The notes beneath the pieces are model-generated. The model worked only from the letters and a program-made list of their open reading frames with translations. It searched no databases and was not told where the DNA came from. From Peribolospora baueri (Eukaryota), in contig JAMDHS010000004.1 of the NCBI GenBank assembly GCA_029717555.1, positions 248,001 through 312,000 on the forward strand: a stretch of DNA of 64,000 bases, written 5' to 3'. Below are positions 34,711 through 48,600 of this stretch, one piece after another (the first letter of the stretch is position 1; each line of letters starts with the position of its first letter). Made by a program: the position numbers and the translations under genes.

Positions 34711-36910
34711 TCACTGCTTTTTCCCAAAGAAGCTCATCAAGGTGCTCTGCTTCCCTTCCCCCTTCTTTCCTCCCTGCGCCTTGGGCGCCGTCCCGGACCG
34801 ACCCGCCCCGGCTTCGGTGCCGGCCCTCCGCGTGGACGCGGACGCGGTCGCCCCCGTGGAGGAAGACTTGCGCGACCCCTTCGTCGTCTTCTTCGCTGGC
34901 GGTGCAGGCTCATCCGACTCCCAGTCCGTGTATGGCTCTTCGACTTCGACCTCTTTGGTCACTGCACGATAGACAGAGTAAGATAAAGACGCGACTCAGC
35001 TGCCGATCCCGGCCCAGCTGATCGCCTCGAGTCTCCACTCACCCATGTAGCCTTTGGCGTTCTTTGTCCGCTCCTTCCGCATGACCTTGCGCATCTTCTG
35101 CACTCGCTGCCTCTCTTTCTTTGGCTCTTCCTTCTTCGTCGAGTCCGCTTCTGCGCTCGCCGTTCGCTCCTCACCATGTTCGACAGACGGCGGCAGAACA
35201 TCTGAAGGAAGCGGAAGCCAAAGTCAGATCAGGATGATCAGCGACCGACACGCCACGCTGACATGGGACTCCGCCGCCGCACCCACCTTCCATCGCCTCG
35301 TCCTCATCGCTTTCCATCATCCTCCTTAACTCCGCTTCCCTCCGCTCCCTCTCTTTCTTCTTGTCCTCCTTACCACGCCGCTTCTCCTTTTTCTCATCCT
35401 CGCTTGCCGGCTCCTCCCCGCTAGCGTACCCAACCGGGCCCATATCCACATCCTCCTCCTTTGCCTCTACCGCCGTTGCCGAACCTTCGGCCTCCTTCAT
35501 AGCCTCTTCCGCATCCGCATCACTCTCCCCATCCTCCGACTTGGGACTCGTCTGCTTTTGGGCGCTCAGAGTCGCAGCCGATCGAGCCGAAGACCTGGAT
35601 ACAGCTGATGGTTTCGAGTCGAACGGCGACTTTCGCTTCAACGTCGATGAGCCAGACGGGTCGCTAAGAGCCGCGGCGTCTTTAGGCCTGAGGGGAAGGA
35701 AGGTGTATGCGCTTGAGAACGTCCTCCCTTCTGCTGCCTTCTACCGTATGAATGGCCGCATAATCACTCACTTTGACCCTCTCGATGTCCCGTTAGATTT
35801 CGAAGTCTGCTCCGCCACCTTCCTGTTGGTGCCGCCTTTGGCCGTGCCCGCCATGGCTCCGAGTGCCGCGCTCATTTGCTTGAGTCCTTCGGCTGCGACG
35901 GACGTCTTTCCATGTGAGCGAGACCGGAGCTGCCAAAAGCCAAGCCAGAAAGCGAAAGGCATGTTAACGACGGAAAGTGGTTGAGAACGGAAAAAGAGGT
36001 GAACGCTGCGAACCTCTATCGCCTTCACGCTCGGGTTGGAGATCACGCCAAGACGCGCACCCCTATCCGATTCCTCCCATGTCTTGACGTACTTGGGCAC
36101 CGTATGCAGATCGTGTGCCGGCGCCGTCAAAAGTCCTGGGTCCTACGAAAGATAAATCATATCGCGGAGACGTCGTCAGACATGACCGATCGCCGAATAT
36201 GAAACCGTTCAGCTCACCTTGAGTTTACCGGGTGTTACGCTGTAGATATGCTGACTGGTGATGCGATCGAAGCGGGATTTCGTGGCTGTGCCCGAGAGGA
36301 CGTATCAGCACAATGGGCACAGTCAGTTGGTAGGATAAGCGAGCAATTAAACACATACCATCGAGGTCTTCTTCGCCTACCAGGACGATCGCTTTGCTCT
36401 TCCCTTTCCACGGCCTCGCCGGCGCCGTCTCGTCAGACGGGGCCACCTCGCCGACCTTTGCGTCCGCATCGACGTCCATTCGATCCTTCTCATCCACATG
36501 ACCGTCCTTCGTCTCCAAAGGTGCCTCTACAGGCTCTAATGCTCCGCAGAGAACGTACGTGGCGTACGGTGGCTTTGGCTCGGACTTGGTTGCTGAGTGG
36601 AAGTGCTCTAGAGCTCTGCCGATGTGGGCAGCCAGGCAAAGGGCGGTAGTCGTAGAATCAGCAACGGCTGGCGCGGCATCGTAAGGTGGTAGTTCGTCGT
36701 CGGATGCAACGCACCTCTTCGCTTCAGCGACGTGGATGTTCAGCTCCCTGCTGAGCAGTTTGTAGGTGATCTGCCAGCAATGCAAGAGGAAGTCGTACTA
36801 GCTCAAGCCCGATGTTGCCGTCGTCGGTCCGGCAAGCAGAGCGTTCCATCACTCACAGGTTTCTTCTCATGTATCACCCATGCTGTAAGGAAGTCTTCAT
36901 GTTCGCTCAT
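34711..36910 (-). CDS. POL32: DNA polymerase delta subunit 3 (Pol32/Cdc27), multi-exon
   Basis: ITYKLLSRELNIHVAEAKR N-terminal segment; low-complexity middle; C-terminal PIP box QSTLMSFF. Confidence 0.88.
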
Positions 36911-37174
36911 TTCGTCCGCGAAGTCGTGTCAGTGGAAGTGCTAGTGGCCGAAATCCTCTAAGCTTCTGGTCGGTCCCAGCCTTCTCAAGCGTCGCACACG
37001 GTCCTTTACGCGTCCACAGCCCGCGTTAATGACCACAGATGGCGCGGCGTGAGAAGAAGGCACGTGAATGAAAACTGGCCCCATGATCGGCCTTCGTTCC
37101 CAGCGTCGGCTTCGTCCACTCCTAACGCATTCGCGGCCGCCACCATCACATCCCGTTGAGCAGATCCTTCCGTC

Positions 37175-39295
37175 ATGGCCTCTGAAAAAAAGCCCAGTGA
37201 GTATATGTCCGACTGGCAGAGTTTCTCCCTCGCCATGCTCACACCATGCTGTGGCGTCGCATCCAGCCGAATCGCTCGAGGCGATCACTGCTCGCATCGG
37301 GAACCTGCTAAACAAGAACGCTGAGTCTGTCAAGTCCCCTACCGAAGCCAAGACCGAGGAGAGCAAGCCTGAAGACGGCGTTGCAGACAAGGGGCCAGAT
37401 GGGGAGGCTGGTGACAAGAAGGAAGATGCTGTGGATGCTGGGGATAAGAAGGTCGCAGAGAAGTCGCCAGGTGAGCACCGCTGATCACACGTCTGCTGTT
37501 CCTGTCTGACGAGGTCTAACCTGTAATCCTGTCTCTCCCACAGCAACGGCGCTGCTGCAGTCCTCCTACGACGTCCATGTGAGTGGTATTCATTTAAAGC
37601 TATAATTATAGTTGGTACACGCGCTGAAGCGACGGCCTCTTTCTTCTTGCCTTTGTAGGTGACGCTCGCGGACCAGCAAGCGGACCCCAACTCTCCTTTG
37701 TTCTCTGCTAAGACGTTTGAAGAGCTCGGCCTGTGAGTTGTTGATCCGTGGAAAACCTTGAGGTGGCGATCGTCTTTTATTAATCTATTAATGCTTTCCA
37801 CCTGTAGTCATGAAGACTTGCTCAAGGGCATATACGCTATGAAGTACCAGAAGCCGTCGAAAATACAGGAGAGGGCTCTGCCGTTGTTACTTCAGAATCC
37901 GTGGGTAGAAGACGTGGGATTTACACTATTTCCAACGGAGACCTGTACTGACTGCATATTTAATGTCGCTGCAGGCCGCGCAATATGATAGGCCAGTCCC
38001 AGTCCGGAACTGGGAAAACGGCTGCCTTCGTCCTCACCATGCTTTCCCGTGTTGACTTCAGCAACCCCAAAACCCAGGCCGTATGCCTCGCGCCGTCTCG
38101 AGAGCTGGCTCGGCAGATCATGGACGTCGTCAAGACGATGGGCAAGTACACCCCGGTCACCACTGAGTACGCCATCTCCGGTCAGCTCGAGAAGGGCAAA
38201 AAGGCTGAAGGCCAGGTTATCGTTGGTACGCCGGGCACGTTGACGGATTGGATTCGGAGGAAGGTTCTCGATGTCTCGGCTGTCAAGGTATTCGTTTTGG
38301 ACGAGGCGGATAACATGTTGGATCAGCAGGGGCTTGGCGATCAGAGCATTCGATGCAAGAAGTAGGTTCAAGTCGCCTTTTCAGCGAAGCATCGCTGTTC
38401 TGCCTCTAATATGTCTCACGATACCCCTTTATCATTATCGCAGCTTGATGCCGAAGGGAACGCAGCTTGTGCTGTTCTCCGCGACGTTCCCAGATAATGT
38501 TCGCAACTTCGCCGCCAAATTCGCCCCCTCTGCGAACGAGATCCGACTCAAGCAAGAGGAACTTTCCGTCGAGGGCATCAAGCAGCTGTACATGGACTGC
38601 AAGGATGAGAACCACAAGTACGACGTGCTCATGGAGCTCTATAGCCTCATGACGATCGGGCAGAGCATTATCTTCTGTAGGGTGAGTTGTTGGAGGATGG
38701 TGTCGTGGTGCGCGGTACCTTTTGAGAATTTCTCTTTGACCGATCTTCTGGATCTCCCAGAAACGCGAAACCGCCGATGAACTCGAGCGACGCATGGTTG
38801 CGGAGGGCCACCAGGTTGTCGCACTGCACGGCAAGCTCGAAGGCGACGAGCGAGACTCGAAGATGGACGGTTTCCGCTCGGGCAAGACCAAGGTGCTGAT
38901 TACTACCAACGTCGTGGCCCGTGGTATCGATATCTTGCAAGTTACCTTGGTCATCAACTATGACATGCCACTCATCGGCAACACCGATAAGCCGGACGTC
39001 GAGACATATTTGCACAGGATCGGTGAGGATGCTTTCACACTTTCTAAGCATAACACGGCCTTCCCTTCCGGCCGACGTCCAACTGATCCCGCGATCTTCC
39101 TTTCCTCCTTTCTTTTGTTAAGGCCGCACTGGTCGATTCGGACGCAAGGGCGTGTCAATCAACTTCGTGCACAACCAGAAATCCTGGCAGCAAATGCACA
39201 CCATCGAGGAAGCCCTCAAGCACCCTATCCACCGTGTCGCTACGGATGATCTCGACGAGATGGAGAAGGCCGTTAAGGCTGCGCTCAAGAGCTGA
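37175..39295 (+). CDS. DBP5: DEAD-box mRNA export helicase Dbp5/DDX19, multi-exon
   Basis: [74 protein letters not shown]. Confidence 0.96.
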
Positions 39296-39707
39296 GCGGT
39301 CGAGTGGATGAATGGATTTGAAGTGCTCCCCTCGGTCGCGTGCATCCGACCGTATTCGGTGTACAATGGATGAGTCCTATCCCGGCTGCAATGTCCCGTC
39401 TCCGGCCTTGTCAGAAAAACTGTTAGCCCACCCTTGCCTGTGTCGACATAAACCTCTTTCCTTTCCATGCTGTTCCTTTTGCATGTCTTCATACCCGAGA
39501 TGTGAATTACGTACGTACTTGACGCCAACTATTAAAAGAAATTGCCCGATTTCATTCGAATTTTCTCTACCCAGTTCCACTCGGGCACTCCATTGGAGTG
39601 ATGAAGAATGGGAACAATGAGTGCATCCACACGAAACGGCCCACCAAGGCATCGTCGGACACAATATGGACACCCGTACAGCTCAGTCTCGTAGAGAAAG
39701 TACACAA

Positions 39708-40910
39708 TCAATCAGATTTCGCAGTGCTTGTTGCCATCTTTCGCTTCTTCTTGGCTTCCGGTGAAGGGCCCTTGATCGTCGTCCCGGCTCCATTATCGCC
39801 ATTCTTGCGAGCATTCCCCTTCTTACCCGTCTTCTTCCCTCCTTTCTCTCCGCCAATGCTGGCTTTGCCTGCCCGATCCACCTTCGCTTTCGCTCTGCTC
39901 TCCGCTATCCGTCTCGCACGCTCTTCTTCCGGCAGAGCCCGCCACGCCTCTTTTGCTGCCTTCTTCGCCGCGATCTTGGCTCGGATCTTCTCTCTCCGTG
40001 CTTCTCGAGCTTCGTCCTGCGAGGATGGACAGTCAAGCGCAATGCTATGTCAGTATACTGAGCGTGGAGAGAGCATCTTCAGGAGTCCCAGATAAAGTCT
40101 ATAGACCAGGACTTACCTTTCGCTGCTCCGCCTTGTCCAACTCCTCCTCCTGTTCTTGTTCAAGGTCCTCGTCCATGAGAAGTACCACCGCCCGAGGGTC
40201 CGATGGCAGCTTCCTCCGCTGGTCTCGAGAGGCAGAGAGGAAGTTGCTATATCGCTTTTGTCTCCGTCGGTGGGGCTGAATATTAGAGAGGGAAAAGCAT
40301 TACCCAGAAGACGAACATGATCAGCCAAGGCATCCCATTGTTCATCCAAACTTGCCAAACCTTGCTCTTCACGCCCAACTAATGGCGCCTCGCTGTCGCC
40401 CAATGACATGAAACGCTGAATTACCTTGGACGTCAAATGTTCCTCCACCATCTTCGGATTCTTGAGCTCCTTGGTAGGACAGAACACACACGCCCTCGAC
40501 AAGTAGCCATCCTTTCCCCTGGAAGTCGCTGATAGGTAAATGGGCTGGTCCATAGCGCCGTCCACAGTAACGTCGATGGGACCTCCAAAGTCCACTTCCT
40601 CCTCATCCGTTGTGCCGTCCTCTTCGGGGTCCTTTTTGGCATCGCCTCTTCGCTGCCCCTCCTCAGCTCCCGCCTCCAATGAAGCGTCATCTTCGTCGTC
40701 CTCTTCACCGTCGTCTGAAGAGTCGGGGTGGGCCATCCGCTTAAGCCCCTTGCTCCCTGGCTCGTTCTCCTCCTCTTCCGAGCTGCTCTCGCTCTCCTCG
40801 CTGTCAGTCTCGCTTCCTCCTCCTCCGTACAGCTCCTTCATCTCCGAGGTGATTCCCAGCTCCTCCTCCTCCTTCCTCCTCTCCACCCTGCGTTGTACTC
40901 GCCGAAGCAT
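39708..40910 (-). CDS. Uncharacterised acidic/basic protein with a single C2H2-type zinc finger, 3 exons
   Basis: MLRRVQRRVERRKEEEELGI, acidic tract, CVFC-x-HLTSK|PH across an intron, Lys/Arg-rich tail. Confidence 0.7.
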
Positions 40911-41133
40911 TGCGTTGACCGGTTGATATATCTGGGAGACGCCGACGAAAGTGAAGGTCAAGACGAGAACTATGCCCACCTGGATGAAAGGCACGTGGAG
41001 GAGCCGCTCCGGGACGCAAAAGCTGCGGTAGAAGCTGCGGCTCGACAATATTTCCTTCCAGGCCTGTGCGTCGTCCGGCTTGAAATCGCAAGGCGCACCA
41101 TCGTTCAGTGCCCGAGCCTACGCCGTCGTCGCC

Positions 41134-44100
41134 ATGTTCCTCACCGCGCCAATCCGAGCACAGAGGCGAGCCGCTGCCGGCGCCGCTGCTTCTACGGTTC
41201 GCCGAGATGCTGCTCCTCAAGAGTCTACAACTGCAGCTGTCCTTCGAGAGCCTGCATCGCAGTCGCGCGGAGGACCAGCACGGAGGACTAATGCATCTCC
41301 TTCTGCCCCTCGAGGCTCGTCTCCGAGACATGCGTACCCTCTTCGAGAGACCATGATGCACCGACGGACCGCCCGAGAACTGATTGATACCGCCGCCAAG
41401 GGAGAAGCGGCTGGGCCAGGGTTCAAGCGCACGCCCGATCGAGGGGTCTCCGCGCTCAAGGAGGCCATCGCGGCGGAGAGGGCTCACAAGAAGAGCGAGT
41501 CACTGACTGTGACGGCCGATCTCCCCACGGCACGCTTTGGACCTTCTGGGAAAGAGTTGCTGGAGGAAGGGCTACATGATGGACCTGAAGAATCGGACAT
41601 CATGTATGGCGGAGTAGAGGGGCTTGAAGTTGATGGGGACACGACGCCCGCCCTGGAGCCCGGCACTTTCATTGAATTGCGAAGGTCAGTAATACGTATG
41701 AGGCATCTTCGTGCTTTCCTCTGACGTGTTGTAGGAGACGCGCTTTGCATAACCGAAGCGCTCATCCTTCCTTGCTTTCTTTCATGCTTGCAGACAACAA
41801 AAGGTCACTTACGGCGTGACTTTGACCATGTCGACCAACTTCTTTAAGTTACACGTTGGCTATGCCTCCTTCATTTCTCCTGATAACCTTTCGCTCGCGG
41901 TACTGTCCAACGGCGAAATATGGGTCGGAAAGAAATCGGACGTGGTATTTGCACTGCCCAACTTTGTGTCCGCAGAGGCTGCAACACTCGCCACCCCTCA
42001 CCAGTTCTACTCAAACGACGGCGAAGTCGCTTTATCCAGGGATAGTGAGGTCTTTGACCCCGTGCGATTTGCGGCTCGAGGAAACATCGTCAAGGCAATG
42101 CGCAAACTGATCGCACAATCGGAGATAGAGATGGGTCGCCTCAGTCCTCGCTTTACGGAGCTTTTTCTGGCCAATGAGGCCAGCATCTCGTCTGGAGATG
42201 TCAAAGCCGAGGTGGAAGATGTTTGGGGGACGATCACAACGGAGCAGGCCGCTCGCCTTCTCCTGGCTTCGAAGAAAGGCAAAGGCAACGCCGATGTGGT
42301 GGACGAGCCGCTGGCCCCGGAAACTCTACTTGCAGTCCACACTCTTCTAATGAACCACCCGATGCACTTTGTCGCCGACCCCGGTCAGCACCGGGTGACG
42401 TCCCTTTTCACCATCCGTCCGCCTTCCCATCGCGCCAATTTGGATCATGTCGTCAAATGGGTCCACGAGAACGACCCGTGCTACACAAATTTTCTTATCA
42501 AGGCCAGGGAGATGGCAGCGTGGCGCCAGCAGGCGCGCGCAGCGGCTCTGCGAAAGCAAGGCGCCGCTGCCGATTCCCCTGTGGACTTTGTGGCGCCGCA
42601 AGAGATCAGTGCGGATGTCGTTCAGGACCTTCCTCCACAGCCAAGGTGGAACAAGACCGACCTGGAGATTTTGCGCTTCATCCGACTCTCCCTTCGCGAC
42701 CGCCGCACCACTCAAGAGCATATGTACAAGTCCGTCGTCCCTAGCATCGTCAAACAGGCCGGCCTGTCCAGCTCGTCCATCCATTCGATCACCTCGTTGG
42801 AGGATGACAGCCACGGCAGGTCGCATCTTGTTGGCGGGTATGAGCGGTTGCCCGCAGGCGATATCGTACGCGTCCACACCATTTCTTTTCTGAAAGAAGT
42901 CGGCTTTTTCCCTCCCTGGTTCAACCTCGTCGAGATCAACAGCACCTTTGAGATGGTGACCGAAGCGCAGGTCGTGCCGTATGCTAACGAAAGTGGAGCG
43001 CTCCCGACACCGAAGGAAGCGACTGTCAAGGCCAGCGGTGCAGTGTCATCCTCGCTTTTGAACCGCGACGGCTTCTATGCGGACGACCCACTCGCCTCGG
43101 TCCGGCACGACTTCGGCAACCTGCCCGTGTACGTCATTGATGATACCGACGCGGTCGAGCTCGACGACGGCGTCTCCATCGAGCCACTTCCTTCGGGCAA
43201 AGAGTGGTGGATCCACGTGCACATTGCCGACCCGACCTCGGTCCTGCCGCCGAACCATCCCGTGAGCCTGCGCGCTCAACAACAGTTCTCCAGCTTCTAC
43301 TTCACGGAAAAGCAAATTCCCATGCTCCCTCACGACTTCACCTTCGGCATGGGCGTCGACTTGGGAAGCGGCTCTAGGGGTTTGACGGACGGCGCACGGG
43401 CGGGGCAAAAGGGACATGCTCGGAACGTGCTGACTTTCAGTGCCAAGGTGGATGAGCGTGGGGAAATCCTGGACTACTGCGTCCGAGCCGGCCTCGTGCA
43501 CAACGTGCGCGTGATCGACTATGACTCCGTGGACCAGATCCTAATCGGGGGTGGGGTGACAGTGCCCGCGCCGTGGAACTTGCCAAAGAGGAACGACCAG
43601 CCGCTGCCGATGCCGGATTCCTCGGCTCGGACGGATTTGCAGCAGCTCTATGACCTCTCCAGAGTGCTTTTCAAATGGCGATTCGGGCAGGGTATGTTCT
43701 TCCCAGCGCTGCCGGTGCCCAGCGTCACCGTCAGTATAGCCGGGTTGCCGCAAGCTCCCAGGAGCGAGTTTAGCTCCACCCCAACTTTCTTCGTCGGTTT
43801 TCCGGAAGTCCACATGAAACTGGGCGATTTCCACACCATCTCTCCTGCGCGGAATGCGGTGGCAGAATTTGCCGTATTCGCCGGACGCGTGGCGACAGCC
43901 TTCAGCAGGGAGCATAAACTTGTCGTGCCTTTCCGAGGTCAGCCGGGCCTGTCAGGGGCGAACATGGAGGAGGTGTTGGCGCTCCGAGATGCTTTCACAG
44001 GAACGGTCGACTACCTCGATTTGATCAAGCGCAAGACGTTCATGCAGGCTAGCGCAGTATCGACGAAACCGGTGCCACACGCAATGCTAGGCCTTCAGAA

Positions 44101-44587
44101 CGGTTACGTGCGGATGACGAGTCCGTTGCGTCGGTACGGCGACATGCTGTCACATTGGCAGGTCAAGAGCGTCCTCGCCCCTCCCTCTTCACCTCTGCAC
44201 GGTCGCCCGCCGTTGGACAACGCTGGGTTAGAGGCTCTGGTGCCTCATATGGACCGTCTGGAGAGATACGTCAGGCGTGCTCAGGACGACGTTGACCACT
44301 TCTGGGCCGCGAGCGATGTGCGTCGACGGCTCCTCCACGCCAGGCACACCGGCCAGCGCGCCGAGGGCCTGGAGGAGCTGACGGCGGTACCTCTTTCGAA
44401 CGAGATTCGACTGGACCCTTCGACGATGGCAGGGCGCGTAAAGGTGGTCATCAAGGAGCTCGGTCTCCGCGCCTTCATGGAGTGGGGGCCCAGAGAGGCC
44501 GTCCCGGACGTGAAGACGGTGTACAAGGTGACGATCTCGCACGTCGTGCTCGACACGGTTTCGACTATCGTGGTCAAGAGGTTGTGA
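41134..44587 (+). CDS. DSS1: Mitochondrial RNase II/RNB exoribonuclease (Dss1/Cyt-4)
   Basis: Arg/Ala-rich presequence-like N-terminus; YVIDDTDAVELDDGVS (catalytic Asp motif), IHVHIADP, TSPLRRYGD; one intron near 41685-41793. Confidence 0.88.
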
Positions 44588-45669
44588 CGGATCTGGAATT
44601 GGACTTGGTCAGAGAAACATTTGCCTTTGCGGAGCCGGACACGTAAACTACTTAGTTTCATTAGGTACCGATAAGTTGGGCTACTCGAGCCGACGCCAAG
44701 CCTGCTCGCGTCGACTCGTACACTCACTCGCTCGGACATCCCCGGGTTGACTCCGAGGTGTCTCCTCGCGGTGCGGCACGGCTGCGACTCGTGCTGGCGA
44801 AGAATGACACGAACACTCCTCCACTCTCATCCCTCTCATCATGCCCACGATGCGCAACGTCTGCCACGCCTCGGTGGTTTTCGACGGAAGAGAAAGAGCG
44901 GCAGCGAAAAGAGAAGAAAAAAAAGGAAAAAAAAAGGTATCGTCTCGGTCGCCGCTCGCCAGTAACACTGCTGCGGCGAATTTCGCCGGTCTCTCGGGAT
45001 TAGATTAGACCCGCGGTCGACGAGGCCACACGACACGGCCACTTCAGGAGGAGCCGCTCTTCTCACAACGACCACCACGACTTTCTTTCTTCACAACTCG
45101 CTCTCCGCGTTCACGATAGGCTCGCCACGAGTCCCCGTGGCGGCTTTGTCAAGACGGACGGAAGGGCTGACGGGCTTACGGACGACGCTCGACGCTCTAC
45201 GCTCGACCAGTCAGCGCCGACCGACGGTCTCGCGTGCCTGGCCTCTCTTGGACCGGCATTTTCTTTGCGACTGTCGCGGCCTCGTACAGCTCACAACGAC
45301 GAGCTTAGTTCTCGTAAGAGGTCTCTCTCTCGGAAAGGGCCGCTCAGATTGCGCGGTATTCTCGTCTATCTTCACCTGACGCCGACCAACCCCACGACGA
45401 TGCTGTGATCGAGACTCCATTCCGACCTCCCCTCGCAAAGCCCTGGGCTTGACTTTTCGCTTCCACTCCTCTATAACCACCATCCTTCGCTCTTCGAGGT
45501 GCCCAACCCTACTGGCGTCTCCTCGTCCTATTCTTCGAAACCAAGACCACTCGCATAAATCCTGCAAGCATCCTCGGGCTTTTCTTTATCCTCCTTTTTC
45601 TTTCCCTTCTGGTTCCCAACCCTCTGCATCCCCTTCTCTTTCGCCACGTGAGGTGGTTGGCGATTCGCC

Positions 45670-48600
45670 ATGAACACCGAGTCTGCCACTAATTCCGATC
45701 GGATCCGCTATGCGGCGGATGCCGATGACTGGGATCCTCACCAGCCTGACGACGACGACAACGGGGGTTCGCGGAACGGTGTCGAGGGGTGGGTGGGGGC
45801 TTTTGAACGCGTGGGCTCGGAGGCGGTGGAAGGCTACGGCGCCGGACGGGGGAAGGAGAAGGGCGCGATTTCGAACCCATCAAGACCCAGTGAAGCCCCT
45901 GACGAGGAGGAGGAAAGCGACAATTCAATGCTCTCGTCCTCGGTCGACGCCGGCGTTCTCGGTGGCGTGAGCGCGCTGACGTCGACGACAGAATGGGACC
46001 GAGGTGGTCTTCATACTTTGGACCTGGCTTCGGTCGACAACCCTGGTTGTCTCACCACGACATCAACGACGGCCACCGGCTTCCACGACGGCGAGTCCTT
46101 TGTCTCCGTCTCGTGCTTGCCCTCGTGTCTATTTGTCTTCGACCGGGCGTATGTGAACGGATTGCCTTCGCTGCAAGCGTTCCGGGTCAAGAACCTCAAG
46201 GATGATCAGAGCGTTTTGGTGCAGCTAGATAGCTCCCTCGGTGACATGCTAGATTTTCGAATATACAGGGAAAATGCGGCCGTCGGCAGAGGTGAGTTGC
46301 ATACGTCTCCGCCAACTCTCACCCCTACCACGCCACCTGAGCTGACCTTCCACTTTTCGCTCGCCATCGCCAGGAGTGCCAGACTTTCCGGTAGATGTCC
46401 CAACCAACACGGAACTGTCGGCTGCAACTTTCGGCCCGTTGCACCGCGAGCGACATCGGAGCTATTCAGCTCTATTGGCATCCCTTCGACAAGCCCGCTC
46501 CCTCTTACTGAAACCGAGAGAGGAGCAGCTCGTTTATGCCGCGTTCACACCGGTGGGCTCGTCGGACAACAGAGGCCGTCGACGAGATACATCGTCGATG
46601 TCGCGGTCAATGAGCGCCTCGTGGACGGAGGCTAGTCAACGGCCAATTTCGATCCAGTATTTGCCAGAGCACGTGTTGCAAGCGCCGGCGATGACGACCA
46701 CGCAGTCGACCCCGGCCACCAGCACGCCTTCAGGCTCTTCGTCACCGTTGAGCGAGAGTAGCCGGTCGATGCAGGCGCCCCTTCCAGTCCCCGAGGTGGC
46801 AAACGTAGACGTAGAGCAAGTCATGCTGAAGACGGGGGCGAGCATCTCACCTCCTGCTTCTCAGACCTCAGCGACGTCGATGCCAGCCGTGCCAAGAGAC
46901 GTCTCTGCGTCGTCGAAGACGGACAGACGACGGCGGTTGAGGGAGGTTCGCGGCTTGGTGACCCTTTACGCCCGTACTTTGGACTATGGTGCCGAGGACT
47001 GGCTTCAGCGGCGAGATGATTCGGAGTTTAGCCTTCCGTCATCCGACACTTCGTCCCGCCGATCCTCCATTTACAGCGCCTCGCCGTTCGACCCCGCCGG
47101 CACCTTGCCTCACCTTCGCGATACTGGCGCACAAACGATCGTCATTCCCGTCCACGCCTCTGCTTGTCAATCCGCCCTAGCGACCTCCTTGCAACCCTCT
47201 TCCACCCTCCGCATGCAACGCGCTGAGAACAAAGGCCGCGACGAGGACGGTGTGGTTACGATAGACCTCGGAGACTGTTTGCTCGGCAAGTCTGCGTTTT
47301 GCGACTTCGTCATCTCCAACGAGTCCGACATCGACCTCTACTACATGCCCGAGATTGCCGAGGAAGATGCATCTTTCGCTGGCACCGACTCTGGCTTGTC
47401 CATTACCAACATGGACACGGGCGAGACGAGGCGGTTACCTTGGCATGCCGGTCATGTTGGTCCTCAGGCGGATGACGATCTGCGCAGCGATGACCTCTAC
47501 CCGGCGCCTCTTGGTGCCTTTGCCAAGCGCAACGTCCGGCTCTATTTCCGGCCACAGGATTCTACCGCAGACCTAGATCGCTTCCTTACTCTCCGAAACC
47601 TCAACGACCCGTCCAACTCTGTCAAGATCCGGCTGCGGGCGACGGTCCTATCAGCGCCGCGAGACGACTCATTGAAGGTCGTATCCGGTCACTCGCTCGA
47701 CTTTGGTGATTGCTGTGGAGGTCAGTGGGCACGCCAGCTTATCGTACTCAAGAATACCGGTGATGTTCTCTTGGACGTCGCTTTCTCTGCCGAGAAGGCG
47801 ACCGACGTGCTCTTCCAGCTTGCGGAGGCCGGCGGGTCGACGGAAGGAGCGTACGAGCCGACGGATGAGTCGCTGCCGCCGCCGTCTGAGTTGAGCGCGC
47901 CGAGCGGACGCAACTCGCCTGCACTCTCCGGCGACGTGCTTCCCTTCGAAGCGCGTCCTGCTTCCTTCGAACGACCGGCATCCGAAAGCCAAAGTGTTGC
48001 CGGATCTTCCGATATGCCCCACCGCACCGCGGCCGCCGAGCTGGCTCGCACCCCTACCCATCACGCGTCGGCTGCCACCTCTGCCCAGCCGCCCACCTTC
48101 TCGCTTGATTCATCCGTTCCTGATATGGCCAGTGGAGCTGTCAAACAGGAAGAAGCAGACGTTCAAGATGCCGACGTCTCGTCTGTCGCTTCTCAAGCTG
48201 GCTCGGAAACATCTTGGTCACCATCCCGCAGTCAAGCCCCGAAGGTGCCTGAGGAAGTTTCTAACATGAAGCCTCGGCCGACGTTCATCGCCTTGTTAAA
48301 CGAGGAGCGCGACGGGCGAAAGCTGCCTTCTGGTCATAGCTCTGGCCCCCCTGCACCATCGCAGCAGCCATTAGGTGGGCCGCCTTCCAGCAAGGTTTCG
48401 TCCGGCTGGCCTTCCCGGCCCCCGTCACGAGGAGCAGTCAGCCAAGCAGAGTCCACCGGTCTGGGGCAGGAAGACTCGGAGTCGCGCGATGACAGTGCTT
48501 CGATGCGGTCCGAGCTCGTGGCGTCCTCGATGGTCACCCAGTCAAGTTCGAACCTCGGGCCATTCGGGCCCAGCACGTCTGCTATGTCTACTTCCGGTCC

